A program made the position numbers and the translations under genes. From the NCBI RefSeq assembly GCF_006345805.1, contig NC_042997.1, positions 74,338,001 through 74,402,000 of the forward strand: a stretch of 64,000 bases of DNA, written 5' to 3'. This document shows positions 51,808 through 64,000 of this stretch, piece after piece (positions within the stretch are counted from its first letter, which is position 1; every line of letters starts with the position of its first letter). This DNA comes from Octopus sinensis (Eukaryota). The notes under the pieces are model-generated. The model saw nothing but the letters and a program-made list of their open reading frames with translations, did not search any database and had not been told where the DNA came from.

Positions 51808-53860
51808 CATGAAGACAGGGAAATCCTCCAATCCATCAGGAATCTCCAATGAGATGCTTAAAATATCTGGAGAAGTAGTATAGTTAATCAGGTTGTCTAA
51901 GAGGGAGTCATACCCACTGATTGGTGTAGCAGCATTATAGAGAACAGCTACAAAGGCAAAAGTGACACTTTATACAGGGATAATTACAGAGGTATCAAAC
52001 TACTAGACCAGGTGATGAAAGTCACAGGAAGAGTGATAGGTCAATTAATTGGGGAGAAAATTAGCGTAAATGAGATGCTGTTCAGATTTGTGCCAGGAAG
52101 GAGTACGACTGATGCTATATTCCTAGTTAGGCAACTGCAGGAGAAATATCTAGCCAAAAATAAACCTCTGTACCTACCTTTTGCTGATATGGAGAAAGCC
52201 TTTGACAGAGTCCCCAGCTCCATTATCTGGGGGGTCAATGCAGAAACTAGAGATAGATGAGTGGTTGGTGAGAGCTGTACAAGCCATGTACAAGGATCCT
52301 GTCAGTAAGGTGAGAATTGGCAACAAGTATAGTGTACAACGAGTATCGGGGTACAAGTAGAGTTTAAACCAATGATCAATCCTCAGGCCACTCTTGTTCA
52401 TCATAGTTCTCCAGGCAGTAACAGAGGAATTTAAGACAGGCTACCTACCCCTGAGAGCTCCTCTATGCTGATGCACTACCAGAACTAGAGAAGAAATTTC
52501 AGGTGTGGAGGCAAGGTTTAGAATCAAACTGCTTAAAGTTAATCTAGCAAAAACCAAAGTCTCATAAGTAGGAGAGCAGACAAATTGCAAATCCCTTCAG
52601 GTAGATGGCCCTGCTTGATCTGTAGGAAAGGTATTGATAGAAATTCCATAAGATGTACCTAGTGCGAGCTATGGACACATAAGAGGGGCAGCAATATTAG
52701 AGGAAGGTTAACTGGGAAAATAGTTTTTGTGTGTGGAAGGTGCACAGGTATAATAAACATTGAAAATGTACAGAAAAATGACTCTATCAACTGTCAAGCA
52801 GGTAAGCTAGAGGTAGTAGATAATTTCTGTTATCCAAGTGAACAAGTTAGTAACAGAGGTGGATGCTCCAAGAGTGTAGCTGTGAGAATAAGAATAAACT
52901 GGTAACCTCACAAAAGAATCCTAAATTGACAGGGATATCATTGGACAGAAAAACTGAAAAGCATAGCAATCTCCAGAAATAGTAGGCACAACTTGATTGT
53001 TATTTGAATGCTGAAAGTTGTGGATATAGAGATATCTGTGTGCAAACAGCTATGCTACATGGCAGTGAAACATGGGCTGTGACAGCCGAGGCTTGAAGGA
53101 AATGAAGCTAGCATGATTTGCTGGATGTGCAATGTCAGTATGCATGTACACAGAGTAAGCATCTCGAGAGAAAAGTTGGGCATAAAAGTCATCAGATGCT
53201 GTGCTGGTATGATCATGTGGTGCATATTAATCAGGACAGGTATGTAACAAAGTACCGATCTCTAATTGTGGAGGGAACCTGTGGTAGAGGTAGACCCAGG
53301 AAGATATGGGACAAGGTGTTGAAGCTTCAAACTTTGGACCTCACAGAGGCAATGACTAGTGACCGAGACCTTTGTTGATATGCCATACTTGAGAAGACCT
53401 GTCAAGCCATGTGAAATCATAGTCGCAGCTGATGCTGGCATCCATGCAGGCAGCACATAAAAAGCACCGTTCAAATGTTGGACCTCATTGAGGCAGTATA
53501 GTCAATGCCAGTGGCATGTAAAAAGCACCTTTCAAGCATTGGGCCTCACAGAGGCAATGATAAATGACCGAAAACTTTGGCATTATGCTATGCTTGAGAA
53601 GACCCATTCAAGCCAAGCAAAATCATAGTCTTGGCAGATGCCGGTGTTATGCAACTGGCACCTATGCTGGTAGCAGATAAAAGCATGCATTACACTCTCA
53701 GAGTGGTTGGTGTTAGGAAGGGCATCTGGCCATAGAGACCATGCCAGATCAGACTGGAATCTGGTGTAGCCCCTCAGCTTACTAGCCCTGGTCAAATTAT
53801 CCAACTCATGCCAGCATGGACAACAGATTTTAAATGATGATAATGATAATGATGATGATA
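51808..53860 (+). mobile_element. Degraded RTE 3' half with UTR and (GAT)n tail, containing a 143-bp foreign insert
   Basis: MLFRFVPGRSTTDAIFLVRQLQEKYLAK, DMEKAFDRVP, GRGRPRKIWD. Confidence 0.9.
52894..53036. repeat. 143-bp exact copy of 56244-56386 (Naiad remnant) inserted in an RTE
   Basis: Base-by-base identity. Offset 3350 bp. Confidence 0.95.
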
Positions 53861-53862
53861 TA

Positions 53863-54130
53863 TAGGGTGTTGGAACACCTACATTGCTAGAAATAAGAGC
53901 TAAAAAGCTCTAATGCTGTAGTCAAAGCACATAATTGTATCCATATGTACTGACAGGAACTGTAATTGTCCAAAAACACCAGACGAGAAATTTCCTAGGG
54001 AATTTCTTGACCAGTATTTTCAGGTGATTACTGTCCCTGTCAGTACATATGTATACAATTATGTGCTTTGACTACAGCATTAGAGCTTTTTAGCTCTTAC
54101 TTCTAGTAATGTAGGTGTTCTAACACCCTA
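53863..54130. mobile_element. Hairpin MITE-like element with 95-bp inverted arms and TA termini
   Basis: Arms 53863-53957 and 54036-54130 have 4 mismatches. Ends TA-GGGTGTT and AACACCC-TA. Confidence 0.85.
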
Positions 54131-54186
54131 GTCCTATTTAGTGACAATTACAGTTTCCCTTTTCAGTAACATATTACACATGGCTG

Positions 54187-54230
<44 letters not shown>

Positions 54231-54359
54231 GCACATACACACATATATATATGTAGACGTGTGTGTGTGTGTGTGTGGAACATCCACTTTTTGAGGCTCA
54301 CATAGATCAGACAGATTCTGTACAGTCAAATGACCTTCCAATTGCTAACCCATATCTGT

Positions 54360-55030
54360 TTCTAAAGTAATATTTCACCATACCTAGGTATCATTACATG
54401 GAAGATTGGATACAAAAATCACCTACTGCATGATAGTGAAACTTGCTAACTATTTCCTGATATCACCTTCACAATTTAAGATGCAACTTGGACATCAAGT
54501 GGACCAACCACATCACTAGCACCAAAGTCCTCAACTGAGCTAAGATACCCAGTATACACATCTTGCTCCAGCAACATCATTTGTGCTGGCTCAGTCATGT
54601 TCATCACATGCCAGACAGAAGGATCTCAAAAGACCTCCTGTATGGGGAATTGGCTACTAGTATAAGAGTACAAGGACGACCTCATCTTCGTTTCAAAGAT
54701 GTCTAAGAGAGATATGAGGTCATTTGATCTGGATGTTCTGAGACAGGAGGAGGTTGCAAATGATTGCCCACATTGGAGGCAAATACAGCAAAAGAGAATG
54801 AAGAGATCGGAAGAAAAACAGGTACTTGTCATCAGAGAAAAGTGCACTTGACGGAAGGAAAAATCAGTAGCACTGGCAGAGAGTTCCTTCAAATGCAGTC
54901 ACTGTACAAGTGACTGCCACTCCCATGTGGGCTTATACAGCCACAACAGATGCTGCACCACCATCAGCAGTTGACACGTTTTCTTTGAGTACAGATCCAT
55001 GACCTCTTTGAGATCAACGGATGACTACTA
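54360..55030 (+). mobile_element. 3' fragment of a second RTE family (RTE-1/BovB-like)
   Basis: KDLLYGELAT...GRPHLRFKD..KRD, KCSHC..DCHSHVGLYSHNRCC, tail cggatgactacta. Confidence 0.85.
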
Positions 55031-55450
55031 TTTGATTCAGAAGCTAGGAGTAGATGGGTAGTTGGTGAGAGCTGACCAGCCATGTACAGGGATACTCTCA
55101 GTAAGGTCAAACTCCCTTTGTGGTTTTCTACTACCAATGTAATCACTCAAAGATATGCAGCATATCGATTTTATTCATTTGATATTTCGAACTATTGCAC
55201 CTCCATATCTCCTATTCATTTAAACAAAGTCTTGATTTTTAGCATTGAATATAGCAATGAATTTAGTGTACAGGTAAGAATTCACCAAAGACTGATCCTC
55301 AGCTCCCTCTTGTTTATCATAGTCCTCCAGGCCATAACAGAGGAATTTAAAACTTGGTGCTCATGGCACCTCCTCTATGTTGACGATTTGTTCTTACAGC
55401 TGAATTTCTACTTTTTCATATATGAAAGCAAGGACTGGAATCTAAGTTAA
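55030..55450 (+). mobile_element. RTE RT fragment with an embedded inverted Naiad RT piece (55103-55240)
   Basis: Flanks read as RTE (gagagctg..agccatgtacagggat and gaatttagtgtacaggta..ctccaggcc). The insert resembles the reverse complement of 57163-57315. Confidence 0.8.
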
Positions 55451-55707
55451 TTAGCTATGATTCTAACCACTTTACAGTGTAGACTGAATGCTTTTTACAT
55501 GGCACCAGCACTGGCAGGGTCACCAAATAATTTGCAAGACAAAGATCCTTTGAGAAGGGATGGGGTATTGGAGGAGGTGATCTTGTAGTGAGAGATTTTA
55601 CTCTGAAGTTACTGATGTTTTAATCAAAATAAAACAACTAATTTTTATTTATCAATTTCACAAATACATATACATCAGTATCAATATCATCATTACCATC
55701 TTCATTC

Positions 55708-55750
<43 letters not shown>

Positions 55751-56239
55751 TTAACAACTACATAGCTAGTAACATGTAAAAATTACACACTACATTCTGT
55801 AAAGTAGTTGTCATTATTTGGAAGGGCATTTAGCCAAAGAAACTGCCAAAACAGACAGGAGAGTTTGGTATAATCTTCTGACTTGTCTGTTTCTGTCAAA
55901 CTGTCCAACCCATGCTAGCATGAAAAGTAGATGATAAATGATGATGATGATGTATACGTATGTGTGAAATTGATAAATATAATTTACAATAAAAATTATT
56001 TTTATTAAAATACCAGTAACTTCAGTAAAACCTCTCAAAACAATTTGATTGTATTTAACATCTCTGACTATCACACACTCCCACTTCGTTTGTTGTTTTA
56101 GTTTCTTTCTATGAGCATGACTGACATGAAGCACACTGCATCTTATTATATGTAAGAAGATACATACATAGAAATATATTCATCGCTATTGATAAAACAT
56201 ACACTCTGAGGTCTTCATTCCTTTTATAGCCTGACAAAT

Positions 56240-57395
56240 CCCCATAAACTGGTAACCTCACAAAAGAATCCTAAATTGACAGGGATATCATTGGACAGAA
56301 AAACTGAAAAGCATAGCAATCTCCAGAAATAGTAGGCACAACTTGATTGTTATTTGAATGCTGAAAGTTGTGGATATAGAGATATCAGAATCAGGATGTT
56401 TATACTTATTATATTTACTATATTTATTACTAGGTTGTATACCACTAGGTATGATATGATTGCCACACAGCTTATTTATATTCATGTTTGTCAATATAGG
56501 GTTTGAGCTAATAGTTTTAGAGAAGGAGTTAGGAGATATATTTGCTAATTTTCTTTTAAGTTTTGTGTTAGGTATATAAGAAATTTGATCATTAAAACCA
56601 CTTAGTTTCAGGACACTATTGCAAACTGAGGCATGCTGATTAAAAATCTCATTAGCTGATAAATTTGAGATTCTAATGGAAATTGCTGTAATGATGCTAT
56701 TGATAGTTAATTTAGGATGGTTCGAGGAAACGTTAATATATTGCAGAGATTGATTGTTTTTTAAACGAGTAGTATAATCCAGTATCAAGGTCCAGTGTTA
56801 CGTCTAGGAAGTTGACTACCTTAGAACTAGTATTAAAAATAATATTAAGGTTGAAAATATCTAACTAAAATTACCTAAGGGCTTTCTTTAACTTTTCTAC
56901 AGCTGGTTAAGATAGGCCATGGGTAGTAAGGAGTACATCATCCCTATAAACACCTCTGGATAGATTTGGGAAGCTATTTTTAATTTGAGAGAGGAGATAT
57001 AGGCCCACCAAATTCGTCACCCAAGCTGAATTGGACAACCCCATAGTTATATCAAAGTAGTCCATAGATTCAGATCTAACACAGTTATGTTCATTAAAGT
57101 TAATATGGGTCTGCTAAGACTATATCGATATCTGATCTGGGGATATTAGTAAAACTGCGAGCAAAAATCAAGGCTTTGTTTAAAAGAATTGGAGATATGG
57201 AGGAGTAATAGTTTGAAATATCAAACTGAATAAAATGGATACGCTGCTTATCTTTGAGGGGGTTGAACCAAGTGATTACATTGCTGATAGAAGACCACAA
57301 AGGGAGTTTGACCTTATTTTTAATGAGAGGTATAAACCCATCGATAATGCATTTGCTACCTTTGCCCAAATCAGATCTGGTTGGGCAAATTAGCC
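56240..57395 (-). mobile_element. Old Naiad-type Penelope RT fragment
   Basis: RLICPTRSDLG, FIQFDISNYYSSISP, LQYINVSSNHP, IFNQHA. Confidence 0.85.
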
Positions 57396-60300
57396 AAGAA
57401 AAAATGAAAACCTTGGAAAAGAATTAATACATTTGAAAAGGAACATTGACATTCCCAGTGTAAAAAAGTGGAGAGCCAAGTGTGACTCCAACTGAAAAGA
57501 AAAGGTTCGCCATGGCAACTGGAAGGAAAACAAGAAAAATCTCAACAGAGAAAAGTGAACTTTTAAAGTACAAAAACATGTTTAAAAAAATGATATGAAA
57601 GTGGAAATAATACCACCAGAGGAAATAATGGAAACAGAAAAAAGGAAAATAATTTTAAATAAAATGTTTAATATCAAGACAAAGAAAATAGATAAAGTGC
57701 AGGAAGAAACAATAGAAAAATGTTTGAAGAACATATGAAAGGATGTTGAATACATCACAAGAGGCAAAAGATTTGGCACAGTGGAAGTTTGCATGGTGAA
57801 ATAAGAAAAGACTCAAGTCCTTTTGATTGAAACATTAAGAAACAGACGAGGTATTTCTTCCACCAATGTATATAGGGAGGAGAACCTCCAAAGTAAAAAT
57901 GACAAAAATTCCACCAGAAGTGGATGCAGCCTGGTTGGTGGTGGCTGTGACAGTGGGCTTGGAGGAAAAGATCACACTCCTCCAAGCTTCTGTCACAGAA
58001 AAACAAAACTGGCTGGGCCAGACATTAAACATGTTGATACAGATAGCCACAAACTTTGGAAAAGATACCAGAGACTATTACAATAGGGGAGGATAGTCTG
58101 ATAGTGTTCATGGAAGGCCAAAAACATTGGTGCTTCAAATGTGGAAAGCTGGGATACGTTCTTGCAAAATGCAACCCTCCCCTGGAAAAAGATGAAGAGG
58201 AAGAGAAAGAAACGAAAGAAATGGAAGGTGGAAGCAGCAACCAGGGGGAGAAAAATGGAATAAGAAAAATCCACCCAGCCTCCCCAACAAAAGCAGCTGA
58301 CAAGAAACCCAAGAAAAAAGCCTTGAGAAGACAGAAGACGATAACCCAGTAGCAGTAAAAACAGACAATAATAGATTAATAAGTAAATTGCAGATTATTA
58401 AGAATGAAAGGAGTACTTATTCAATTCATATATAAACTATGACATTTATCGAATAGACTGTACAAGTTATTATATCCTAGCCAATACTTATAGAAAAGAG
58501 ATAGGCCCTGTAGATTTTTCACCTTCAATCTTTCAGGGCCTACCTCCTCCAGTCACACGAGCAGGGAAAAAGGAAGAGGGTGAGACCACTTCACTTACCC
58601 CTACTGAATAAAAGGTAAGACTCTTATGTCAGTTTACATCGTTTGTTTCAATGTGCGTGGCCTGTCATCAAGTTAGAAGCAAGGATGCTTCCTAAATGAC
58701 ATCAGGTCATGGAATTTGGATGTTATTGTAGCTACTGAAACCTGGTTAAAGGGGCCAAAAGATCTGCTCCTGTTGCTAAACAGCTATGAGAAATTCCTTT
58801 ATCCAGGTCGACTGGCAGGCAGGGGAAGGGTGTTCGTCCTATTAAAAAGAAACTGGGTTTCAAAGAAAAGGTTGATTTTTTCTGATCCAGAAGGTAGGCT
58901 GGTCGTTATGGACTTGACATTCAGTTGTGGTAAGACGATCAGACTGGTTGTGATTTATGCACCCAATTTCGGTCAAAGTGAGTATTTTTTGACCTAGAGA
59001 AGTTTCTGGGTACGTCACATTCACCAGCTTTGTTAGGAGACTATAACACAATCTGCGACACATGCATAGATTGTGTTGGCTCAAGAAGAAATAGAAGTAA
59101 TAGTGGCTTCCGGGAACCGCTAAGTCATTATCAGCAACCAGATCCATATAGGATGAAACACCCAAACACTCCACTGTGAACATGGTCAAGCGGCGACAAG
59201 TATTCCAGGTCATACATAGATAAGATTTTAATTAGAAAAGCTGATAGGAATATAGCTAAGTGTCCACAGTTTTATCTGGTCAGCTACAGTTATCATAAGT
59301 TGGTCATTTGTGAGTTGAACTTAGATAAGGTATATAGTCAAGGATCTGGTTACTGGAAACTCAATATGTCCCTTTTGGAGATTGAGAAGTACAGAAAGTG
59401 GATTAAATTGTTAATACAGAGAGCGTTAACAGAAGCCATCATTAATAAAAAATGGTGGTATGCCCTCAAACAAGCCATTAAATTTGAGTCTATTAGATAT
59501 AGCATAGGTTTAGTGGCTAGTGAATGTAGGCAGGAACAGGGTTTAGTTAAGGCTTTAGAGGAAGACATGAGGACTGGCAGTGCAACCCAGGTGAAGGCAA
59601 AGAGCACCTTGAAGCCAAGCACACTGGGTGCATTGTCAGGGCTAGACTACATGCAGTGGGTTGCAAAGGAATCAGGGCCACTGGATGGGACCGAGTGGTG
59701 GAAGCCCAATGTGGAAATGGTTCCACAGTACGATCTTTGGTGAACCATGAAGGTAAGTTGATAAACGAACCTAAGGAAATGTGTGAGGCCTTTTAGGAGC
59801 ACTTCGTCCAACTTTTCAGGGGGAGCAATGGACCAGATAGTAGGTGGGATCTAACAGACTTCCTCACTGGGCTGCTGCACCTCTCGGGGCAGGATACGGA
59901 GTCTTGTGAAGGGCCGATCACACCTGAGGAAGTAATTGAGGCTATAGCAGACTGTGGCATAGGTAAGTCACCGGGACTGGATGGTCTACCCTACGAGTTG
60001 TATAAGAGCAGGGTTGACCATCATTACCTGGTGTCTGTTCTTGCACAGTTCAGCCAAGGCTTCCTTAGGTGGATAATTCAATTGTGTGATAGCATTGACT
60101 TGATCATTTGGGTGAACGGTTTTTTTGTCAAAACCATTCTGTATCAAGTGCTTGGTTCACCAAAGATGTTCACTCTCACCACTTTTGTACATGATAGCTC
60201 TTGAGCCGTTACTGTGAAAGTGGCATCCTGAGAGGACCAGGCAGTGGAAAGTCAGTTTCAGCTTATGCGGATAACATCACCATCATTGTGACCAAAATGG

Positions 60301-61777
60301 AACACCTACAGAGGGTAGGTGAGGCCATTGAGGTTTATGAGATGGTGGCAGGAGTAAAGATTAATCAGGATAAGTCAGTTGGCTTGCAACTTGGCACCTG
60401 GAGGGACAAGTTGATGCCTCCAGACAGGGCCTGGTTAAGTTGCTAGGAGTCTGGTTTGGTCCAAATCTCCAGGTAGAAAAGAACTGGACTAAGGTTTCAA
60501 GCAGAGTAGACCACATAGCCAAGACCTGGTCTGGGCGGCGGCTATCCCTGAAAGGGAGGATGGAGGTAGCCAATGTGTTCATGACATCGGTCATCACATA
60601 CTACCTAAAGGTCGTTCCTTACCCAGATTCATGGATGACCAAGTTGGAAAGACAGCTTTTTCGCTTTTTGTGGAAGGACTCGAAACCACTTGCGAGATGT
60701 TCTATCTGCTGTCAAAAGCCGTTAAAGGGAGGACTAGGGATGTCTTGGCTGTTGATGTGCAAACATGTGTTGAGGTTGAACCATCTTTGGCTCCTCCTGG
60801 ATGGTGAACGGGTGTGGTCTCTGCTGGTGAAATGGATGTTTCCCATATTCACTAGTTTCAGTGGATGGGAAGCCTGGTGCTATTGAAGATCTAAGTTGGG
60901 TACATGGCGTACGGAGTGCTGCAAGGCACTCCTGCTATTCTGTTGCTCAGGCAATGCCAACGGTGGTGGTTCAAAGGCATCTTTCTATAGTGGTTTGGTA
61001 GAGGCTAGATGTGATGATACCCTAGGAGCAACCCTAGGTCCCGAGGATAATCAACTAGAGAGTCTGTTCCAATATACATTTGGGCCAAGGACACTGGACA
61101 ATTTCCAAAAGTCTTTGACCTGGCAGTGTTACCGAGGAGCTTTGCCCATTTGGGATAAGCTCGCAAGACACAATCAATGCAACACACCAATCTGTCCAAG
61201 ATGTGGGTGGGAAAGGGAAACCGTCCTGCATGCTAGTGTTCAGCATTCGGAGATGTCGGAAGTGTGGGCTTATGCGGAACATCTGTTGTCTGGTACAGGA
61301 AGAGTACAGCTATCGACTGAGTCAATTTTGAAAATTGACCCACCTGATTTCCTGATGAAAGAAGGTAAGAATTATTTTCTCATAGTAGTTGCAATTGCGA
61401 AAGAGGTGGTATGGAAGACAAGTAATGACAGGCAGCTTCACCTCTGGCCTCAGTCTGCAAAGATATTTCACTTTTCATTTGAAGATGCCTGTCAGAGAAA
61501 ATGTTTAATGATAGGTGGAAGTATATGGTATGAGTGTTGCATATGACTGTAACCATGTAAACATGACAAAGGTCTATCACTGGTATCAGTGGTGGATAGA
61601 GGTTCGTGGGGTCAGGAGCTTAACTCGACCATCACTCCACCTGTTTTTGTATCTTGTATTGTCTATCACCCGTGTATATATTTTGTGTTTAATTTTTAAT
61701 AGCATCTTAATGTTATATCATACGTTTTCATCTGACCTCAAAATCAGATTGTGTTGCCCTTTGTGGGCAATAAAAAA
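57396..61777 (+). mobile_element. Degraded near full-length Tx1/L1-clade LINE (ORF1 plus ORF2)
   Basis: ORF1 has CFKCGKLGYVLAKC. ORF2 from 58626 has FNVRGL, VATET, VIYAPN, GYWKLN, KSPGLDGLPYE, AYADNI, LGVWFG and CPRCG..ETVLH. The 3' end has a ttgcccttt-gt-gggcaa hairpin plus AATAAA. Confidence 0.9.
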
Positions 61778-62629
61778 TCAAAGTATCAAGAATGTGATTT
61801 TATGAGGATACCTTTCCTGATGAAGGGGACATTGTCCACATGGTTTGTAAGATTTATTAATTTTTCTACCAGGACATGAGTTCTGGAAATGACCATTGGC
61901 AGTGAACCTCCTCGAACTGTATTATATACCTTATATACCATTTATATTTTTAAAAAATACACCTAAATCTTTGACTCATTGAAGCTTTTAATCGAAACTC
62001 TTAACCACTCTTGCTTTCTGTACAAAAACATTTTTTCAATCTTCTTTTTATCAGTCCTCTTTTTCTCACACTTCCTTCCATATGTATTCCACATGGGTTA
62101 TATTTACATGTATTTTTATGTATATTTATATATATATTTATATTTTATAAATATTAAAAAAAATATTCATGTGTGAATATGTATTAATATATATATATAT
62201 TCAAAAGTCACCATTTTTTAATAAGAAACAGTTGAATAAAAAAACTGTTTCTTATAAAAAAAATAATAAACTTTTGAATCACTCTATATAAATATATATA
62301 AGTGAAATAGTTGTAAGCGAGGTGGGAAAAATCACATTTAAATAAAAGATTAAAAAAATTTTTAATTTCATACATATTTGTGACTTTTGGCTCACCCTGT
62401 GTACATAAACAGACACATATCACCTTTGCAATTGTCACCCTCCCTTTTTCTCAACCCGCTCACTAATTCCCTTCTCTCTTTCTTATTTCCTGTAATACTC
62501 TTCATCTTCTCTTCTTACCACCCTCTTTGTCTACAATCATTACCCACTCTCTCTTCTGTTCTCCCTGAATTATAGAATATAATTTAGAGCCTTAGCCTTG
62601 TAAGTTACAAGGTGATCATCTGTAGCACT

Positions 62630-62787
62630 AATGCCAAAAAAGAAAGCACTTTGTACTCTGTAAAGTGGTTGGCATTAGGAACTATGTCAAAATAGACATT
62701 GGTGTATGACACAATCCTTTGGCTTGTCAAACTCTGTCAAACATTGCATGCCAAGCATGGAAGCTGGACATTAAATGATGATGATTA

Positions 62788-62824
<37 letters not shown>

Positions 62825-63072
62825 GTGTGTGTGTGTATTTGTGTGTGTGTGTGCGTGTGTGGCCAAGACCTTTGTCAATATGCTGTGCTTGAGAAGATCC
62901 AGCAAGCAAAGTGAGATTGTAACTGTGGCCTACGCCCATTTGAAAGCACTCTTCAATTGTTGGACAATATACTGAGCTTGTGAAGAACTGTTGAACCGAG
63001 TGAAATTGTAGTCATGGCCCATGTCACCATGGAAAGGGGATGTTAAACAACAATGATGATAATGATGATGAT
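62630..63072 (+). mobile_element. Two RTE 3'-end-derived fragments with (GAT)n tails
   Basis: gtaaagtggttggcattagg, gctgtgcttgagaaga, and tails at about 62775 and 63055. Confidence 0.7.
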
Positions 63073-63309
63073 AAATGCATATACACATACAAACATATAT
63101 ATGTATGAATGTATGTATGTATGCCGGTATGTGTTTATCTTTTGCTGATGTATACCAGAGAAGAATATACACCATAAAAATGTAAAACTGGTGCTTTATT
63201 AATAAAGTCCTATCAGATATTTATATACTGTTTTAGATACTTTCTTATTGTCAGAATAGACACTCTCTTACTATCTTATTGTCAGAAAAGCAGTGAGTTA
63301 TAAATTGGC

Positions 63310-63712
63310 TTTACTCTTTACTCTTTTACTTGTTTCAGTCATTTGACTGTGGCCATGCTGGAGTACCGCCTTTAATCGAGCAACTCGACCCCGGGACTTA
63401 TTCTTTTGTAAGCCCAGTACTTATTCTATCGGTCTCTTTTGCCGAACCGCTAAGTAACGGGGACATAAACACACCAGCATCGGTTGTCAAGCAATGCTAG
63501 GGGGACAAACAGACTCACACAAACACACACACGTATATATACATATATACGACGGGCTTCTTTCAGTTTCCGTCTACCAAATCCACTCACAAGGCTTTGG
63601 TTGGCCCGAGGCTATAGTAGAAGACACTTGCTCAAAGTACCACGCAGTGGGACTGAACCCGGAACCATGTGGTTGGTAAACAAGCTACTTACCACACAGC
63701 CACTCCTGTGCC
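63310..63712 (-). mobile_element. Intact tRNA-derived octopus-type SINE (about 400 bp)
   Basis: Head ggcacaggagtggctgtgtggtaagtagc (A box) and ggttcagtccc (B box), central (TA/TG) tract, aagagtaa tail. Confidence 0.93.
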
Positions 63713-63855
63713 TGTTGAAAACCTGTAACAAACAATGCTATTGCTTAGAAACTACAGTATGAAATGACCAAAGTTAACCTTCATTTTTCTAAATAAGCTT
63801 AGAATTAATGAAGTTGAATGAGAACAGGAATAATAAAATGGATGAAATTAGTTAC

Positions 63856-64000
63856 CCTTTAGGTCTGCATGAGAGTAACCTTTTCTTAAAGTGATCTGAA
63901 ACACTTCTAAATTGCTGATGAAAGAAGCCAGTTTTGACAAGCTCTGTTTTCCACTACCACCAACTCCAATAAGCAAAGCATTGCCCTGTGGCATCTCAAG
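63856..64000 (-). CDS. DNAH9/11/17: Axonemal dynein heavy chain (outer-arm beta type), exon with the AAA4 P-loop; 5' part lies outside the window
   Basis: Manual translation [48 protein letters not shown] plus one G, then donor GTAACT. Walker A GVGGSGKQ. The phase-1 end matches the next exon. Not in the ORF track. Confidence 0.95.

Noticed and set aside
61780-61850. Continuation of the 56-57 kb Naiad after the Tx1 element
   Set aside because: Similarity is weak and no TSD was found.
62199-62400. Tc1/mariner-type MITE (caaaagtcac ... gtgacttttggctcaccctgt)
   Set aside because: Only a 10-bp inverted match and an incomplete left end, too weak to list as a feature.
63640-63712. tRNA gene (also the heads at 50188, 36373 and 25494)
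   Set aside because: A and B boxes are present, but each is attached to a SINE body and tail and I could not build a cloverleaf.

Overview
AT-rich, transposon-dense eukaryotic DNA. It is most likely a coleoid cephalopod (Octopus-like), inferred from recognisable SINE and RTE-tail families, not from a database search. The only host gene I can support is an outer-arm beta-type axonemal dynein heavy chain (DNAH9/11/17-like) on the minus strand. Four exons (63856-64000 partial, 47086-47351, 37223-37384, 36783-37016) splice in frame through GT-AG junctions and encode AAA4 to the start of the stalk. I found no further exon in 1-36782, so the rest of the window appears intronic. The introns hold many RTE LINE copies and tails, tRNA-derived SINEs, mariner, Tigger, Chapaev3, Helitron, R4/Dong, Tx1 and Penelope-like (Naiad-type) elements, two solo-LTR-like inserts and a hairpin MITE. 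Three observations stand out. (1) A young Naiad-type Penelope element with one frameshift is flanked by a perfect 276-bp inverted repeat carrying a minimal hammerhead ribozyme, and one ribozyme copy is sense to the dynein pre-mRNA. (2) An ORF1-only (HAL1-like) Tx1-type retroelement sits in the tRNA head of a SINE with a 14-bp TSD. (3) Two pieces of Naiad sequence are patched into RTE fragments at microhomologies, one 100% identical to a donor 3.35 kb away. Boundaries of degraded repeats are approximate, and identities are estimated by eye unless a mismatch count is given.
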